NCBI GenBank assembly: GCA_030265395.1
Contig: JARFYF010000094.1
Location: 92,576,721 to 92,640,720, forward strand
From: Rhina ancylostomus
Lineage: Eukaryota
Direction: 5' to 3'
DNA length: 64,000 bases
Part shown: piece after piece, positions 61,465 to 64,000 of the stretch
Position numbering within the stretch: the stretch's first letter is position 1
How the letters are laid out: each line of letters opens with the position of its first letter
The notes under the pieces: model-generated
Seen by the model: the letters and a program-made list of their open reading frames with translations, nothing else
Databases searched by the model: none
Told to the model about the DNA's origin: nothing
Made by a program: the position numbers and the translations under genes

Positions 61465-61960
61465 CTGCTAATGGGCAGTTAATTTACCATGATGCATTAA
61501 GTCTATGCTTCATCAATCATAATTAAGGCCGTTTGTTATTTCATTACACCATCGAGAAATGCCCTTTCAAAGTTAAATGACCCCCCCCACACAAATAATT
61601 ACATAAAGCTTTGGTTTCTTTACATCTCCCGATAGTATTGTTTACAGCATCACAAGACCGCAATCTTATTATTGGAGCAATGTTTACTGCCCAGAGTGAA
61701 GAATGCCCCAGTGGAATGAAAGCAGTTGTGTTTTACTTCATACAATAAAATTTAACACTCCCAATGAAGGCTAAATTGTTTAAACATTTACAGCAGTTGT
61801 CATAAATGTTTACTTCTTTTACCTCCATCTGATGGATCCGTTTCAAGATATTTGTGCACAGTTATTTAATTACAAATTTCTATGAATGCCCAAACCAGGA
61901 AAATTAAATAATTACGAGTTGGATTAGTTTGAGACAGGTTATGTGTCCGACTGCACAATA
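61465..61960. promoter_or_regulatory. Candidate conserved enhancer (PBX-HOX/MEIS/FOX cluster)
   Basis: ATCAATCA 61512, TAATTA 61520, TGTTTAC at 61639/61681/61807, TGTCATAAA 61798, TGATGGAT 61830. Confidence 0.5.
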
Positions 61961-62656
61961 TTACATTACTGAATAGACAGAAACAACTGTCATTATAAGG
62001 GGGCAGTAATCTAGTTCCTAAAGATTACAACCACAGAAACATAAGGTTAGGTTCAAAATTCAGTGTTCACTGTAATCATCTTTTGAAGAATGTACATTTT
62101 ATGAACTAACTCAGCTCTACATCAAAAACGTGATAAAATGTGAGGTTACGGGGGAATGGTATCAATGAGCACAATTCCTGTAAAGTTACTGTACTGATAT
62201 CTCATTGAAAGGACCAAGGCTGATTTCTGTTTGTAAGGAAATCCACATTTAGGGCAGAATATACTCAAACACTGGTGTGCAATAATACTTTCTATTCTGC
62301 AAATTATTTTTGTTCAACCATCAGCTTACATAAAGGTCTATCTTTGCAGGCAGAACTTGACAGCCACTCCAATAAATAAGAAAGAACAGTTCCCATTGAC
62401 AATGAGGCCCAATTCTAGACTCCTTTCATCCACAAAATAAATAGACCAGAGCAGTGATCCCTTGTCCCTGTAGGTACCACTTATCCTCTCATCCTCTCTA
62501 TTCCTGCACAATATTGATCTTTAAAATTCCATGCAAGTAAAAACAATCAACTCTTAACTACTCTGTACACTCCTAAAAGCTATCTCACATATGACAAATC
62601 ATCAAAATAGATCAGTGCTAAGAAATTTAATTGCCACTGTTATTCTGAAGGTATTA

Positions 62657-63122
62657 TGTGGAGGCTTGGGAGAAGGTACAACAGAGGTTCACCAGGATGT
62701 TGCCTGGATTAGAGAGTATTAGCTCGAAGGAGAGGCTGAACAAACTTGGGTTATTTTCTCTGGAGCATCGGAGGTTGTGTGGTGACCTGATGGAAGTATA
62801 TAAAATTGTGAGAGGCATAGATAAGATGGAGAAATGTCAAATACTAGAGAGCATAGATTTAAGGTGAGGGGAAAAGTTTGAAGGAAATTTGTGTGGCAAG
62901 TTTTGTTTTACACAGAGTGGTAGATGCCAGGGGAAATGATGGAAGCAGATGCAATAACAACATTTAAGATGCATCTAGACAGGCACATGAACAGGCAGGG
63001 ATGGAGGGTTATAGACCATGTGCTGTCAGATGAAATTAGTTTATATTGGCATCTTGGTCGGCACAAACATTGTGAGCCGAAGAGCCTGTTCCTGTACTGT
63101 ACTGTTCTATGTTCTATGTATT
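62657..63122 (+). mobile_element. CR1 LINE 3' end
   Basis: VEAWEKVQQRFTRMLPGLESISSKERLNKLGLFSLEHRRLCGDLMEVYKIVRGIDK; tail ctgtactgtactgttctatgttctatg. Confidence 0.95.
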
Positions 63123-63264
63123 GATAGATAACCTTCTCTGGGTTCCAATGTTACAATAATAATTATAAATGTAAGCATCAATTTTACCTCTTAAAAGGCA
63201 GAAACCAGGTGAACGAGCAGATCGTTACCCACTCCCAATTTGCCCATTTCTCTGTATCGAGTAA

Positions 63265-63915
63265 TGCAGCAACTATTCATAATGTGCCTTTAATAAAGTA
63301 ATTAGTCCTAAGATGCTTCAAAGGAGCATTAGCTAAGAAAATTTGACCCTGATGAACATTGGGAGAAATTAAGGCAGATGGCAGGTTGAAGAAATAGGTC
63401 ATAAAGGCAGAGTTAGAAAGAGGAGAGATGAAAAGGCAGAGAGGCTCAGGGGATAAATGCCACAGCTCAGGTCCTCAGCAGGTGAAAGCATAGTAGCCAA
63501 TAGTAACAGAATAACAAAGATGGCCTGAGTTACAGAGAAGAGTGAAGTAATGGAAGGACCGGAGAAAAAATGATAATTTTAAAACTAGAGCTTTGCTTAC
63601 CAGCATCCACTTGAGTACAGTATTGATGGGGAATAGGACTTGGTACAAGTTATAACAAAGGAATTACAGCCTTAAATCCAAGGAGGTTGAAAGTGGGGAG
63701 GCCAATTGGGAGTACATTGAAATGGTCAAATCTAAGTGTAACAAAAGTGAGGTGAATGAGTTGTGGAAGGAACGAATGGAAACTGGCATTCTTAATGAGG
63801 GTAAGGACGTGCAATCAAGAAGCACACCTCAGGGGAAAATACATCATGGCCAGGAACAGTCAGGTTCAGCCTGAGATAAGTTGCAGAGAGAGTGATAGGA
63901 TCAATGGCTAGCAAA
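63265..63915 (-). mobile_element. Decayed L2 LINE 3' fragment
   Basis: Antisense L2 tail atgtgcctttaataaagtaattagtcctaagatgcttca..aaatttgac..gagaggctcaggggataaatgccacagctcaggtcc. Confidence 0.7.
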
Positions 63916-64000
63916 CCGAGTCAGTCACAATCACCATATACGATAGCTGGGAATTTGCAACATGTAAACTGCAGCTGTTGACACTGACCGCTATAATGGA

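Noticed and set aside
1-64000. CRISPR arrays, operons, rRNA or true tRNA genes
   Set aside because: Vertebrate DNA with no regularly spaced repeat-spacer array; tRNA-like segments are SINE heads

Overview
Eukaryotic, AT-rich, scaffolded (N-gapped) vertebrate DNA. The repeat complement (CR1, L2, Rex/Babar and L1 LINE fragments, V-SINE/HE1-type and Deu-domain SINEs, a palindromic MER6/Penelope-like repeat) points to a cartilaginous fish, probably a batoid. This assignment is from recognition, not a database search. I find no intact protein-coding gene: the ORF track is noise, N-spanning artefact or LINE remnants. The window looks like a gene desert or very large intron with several repeat-free, transcription-factor-motif-dense blocks (candidate conserved enhancers). 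Notable structures: (1) a 126-bp, 95%-identical inverted repeat at 37.8-38.2 kb; (2) a perfect 22-bp-stem hairpin at 60.9 kb; (3) a PIF/Harbinger transposase fossil plus several Myb/SANT-partner fossils; (4) a degenerate minimal hammerhead-ribozyme motif in a Penelope-type repeat; (5) an L1 with a target-site duplication nested in older repeats; (6) possible ancient hAT and RT fossils. I see no convincing new multi-gene system. Repeat boundaries are approximate and family names come from motif recognition by eye.
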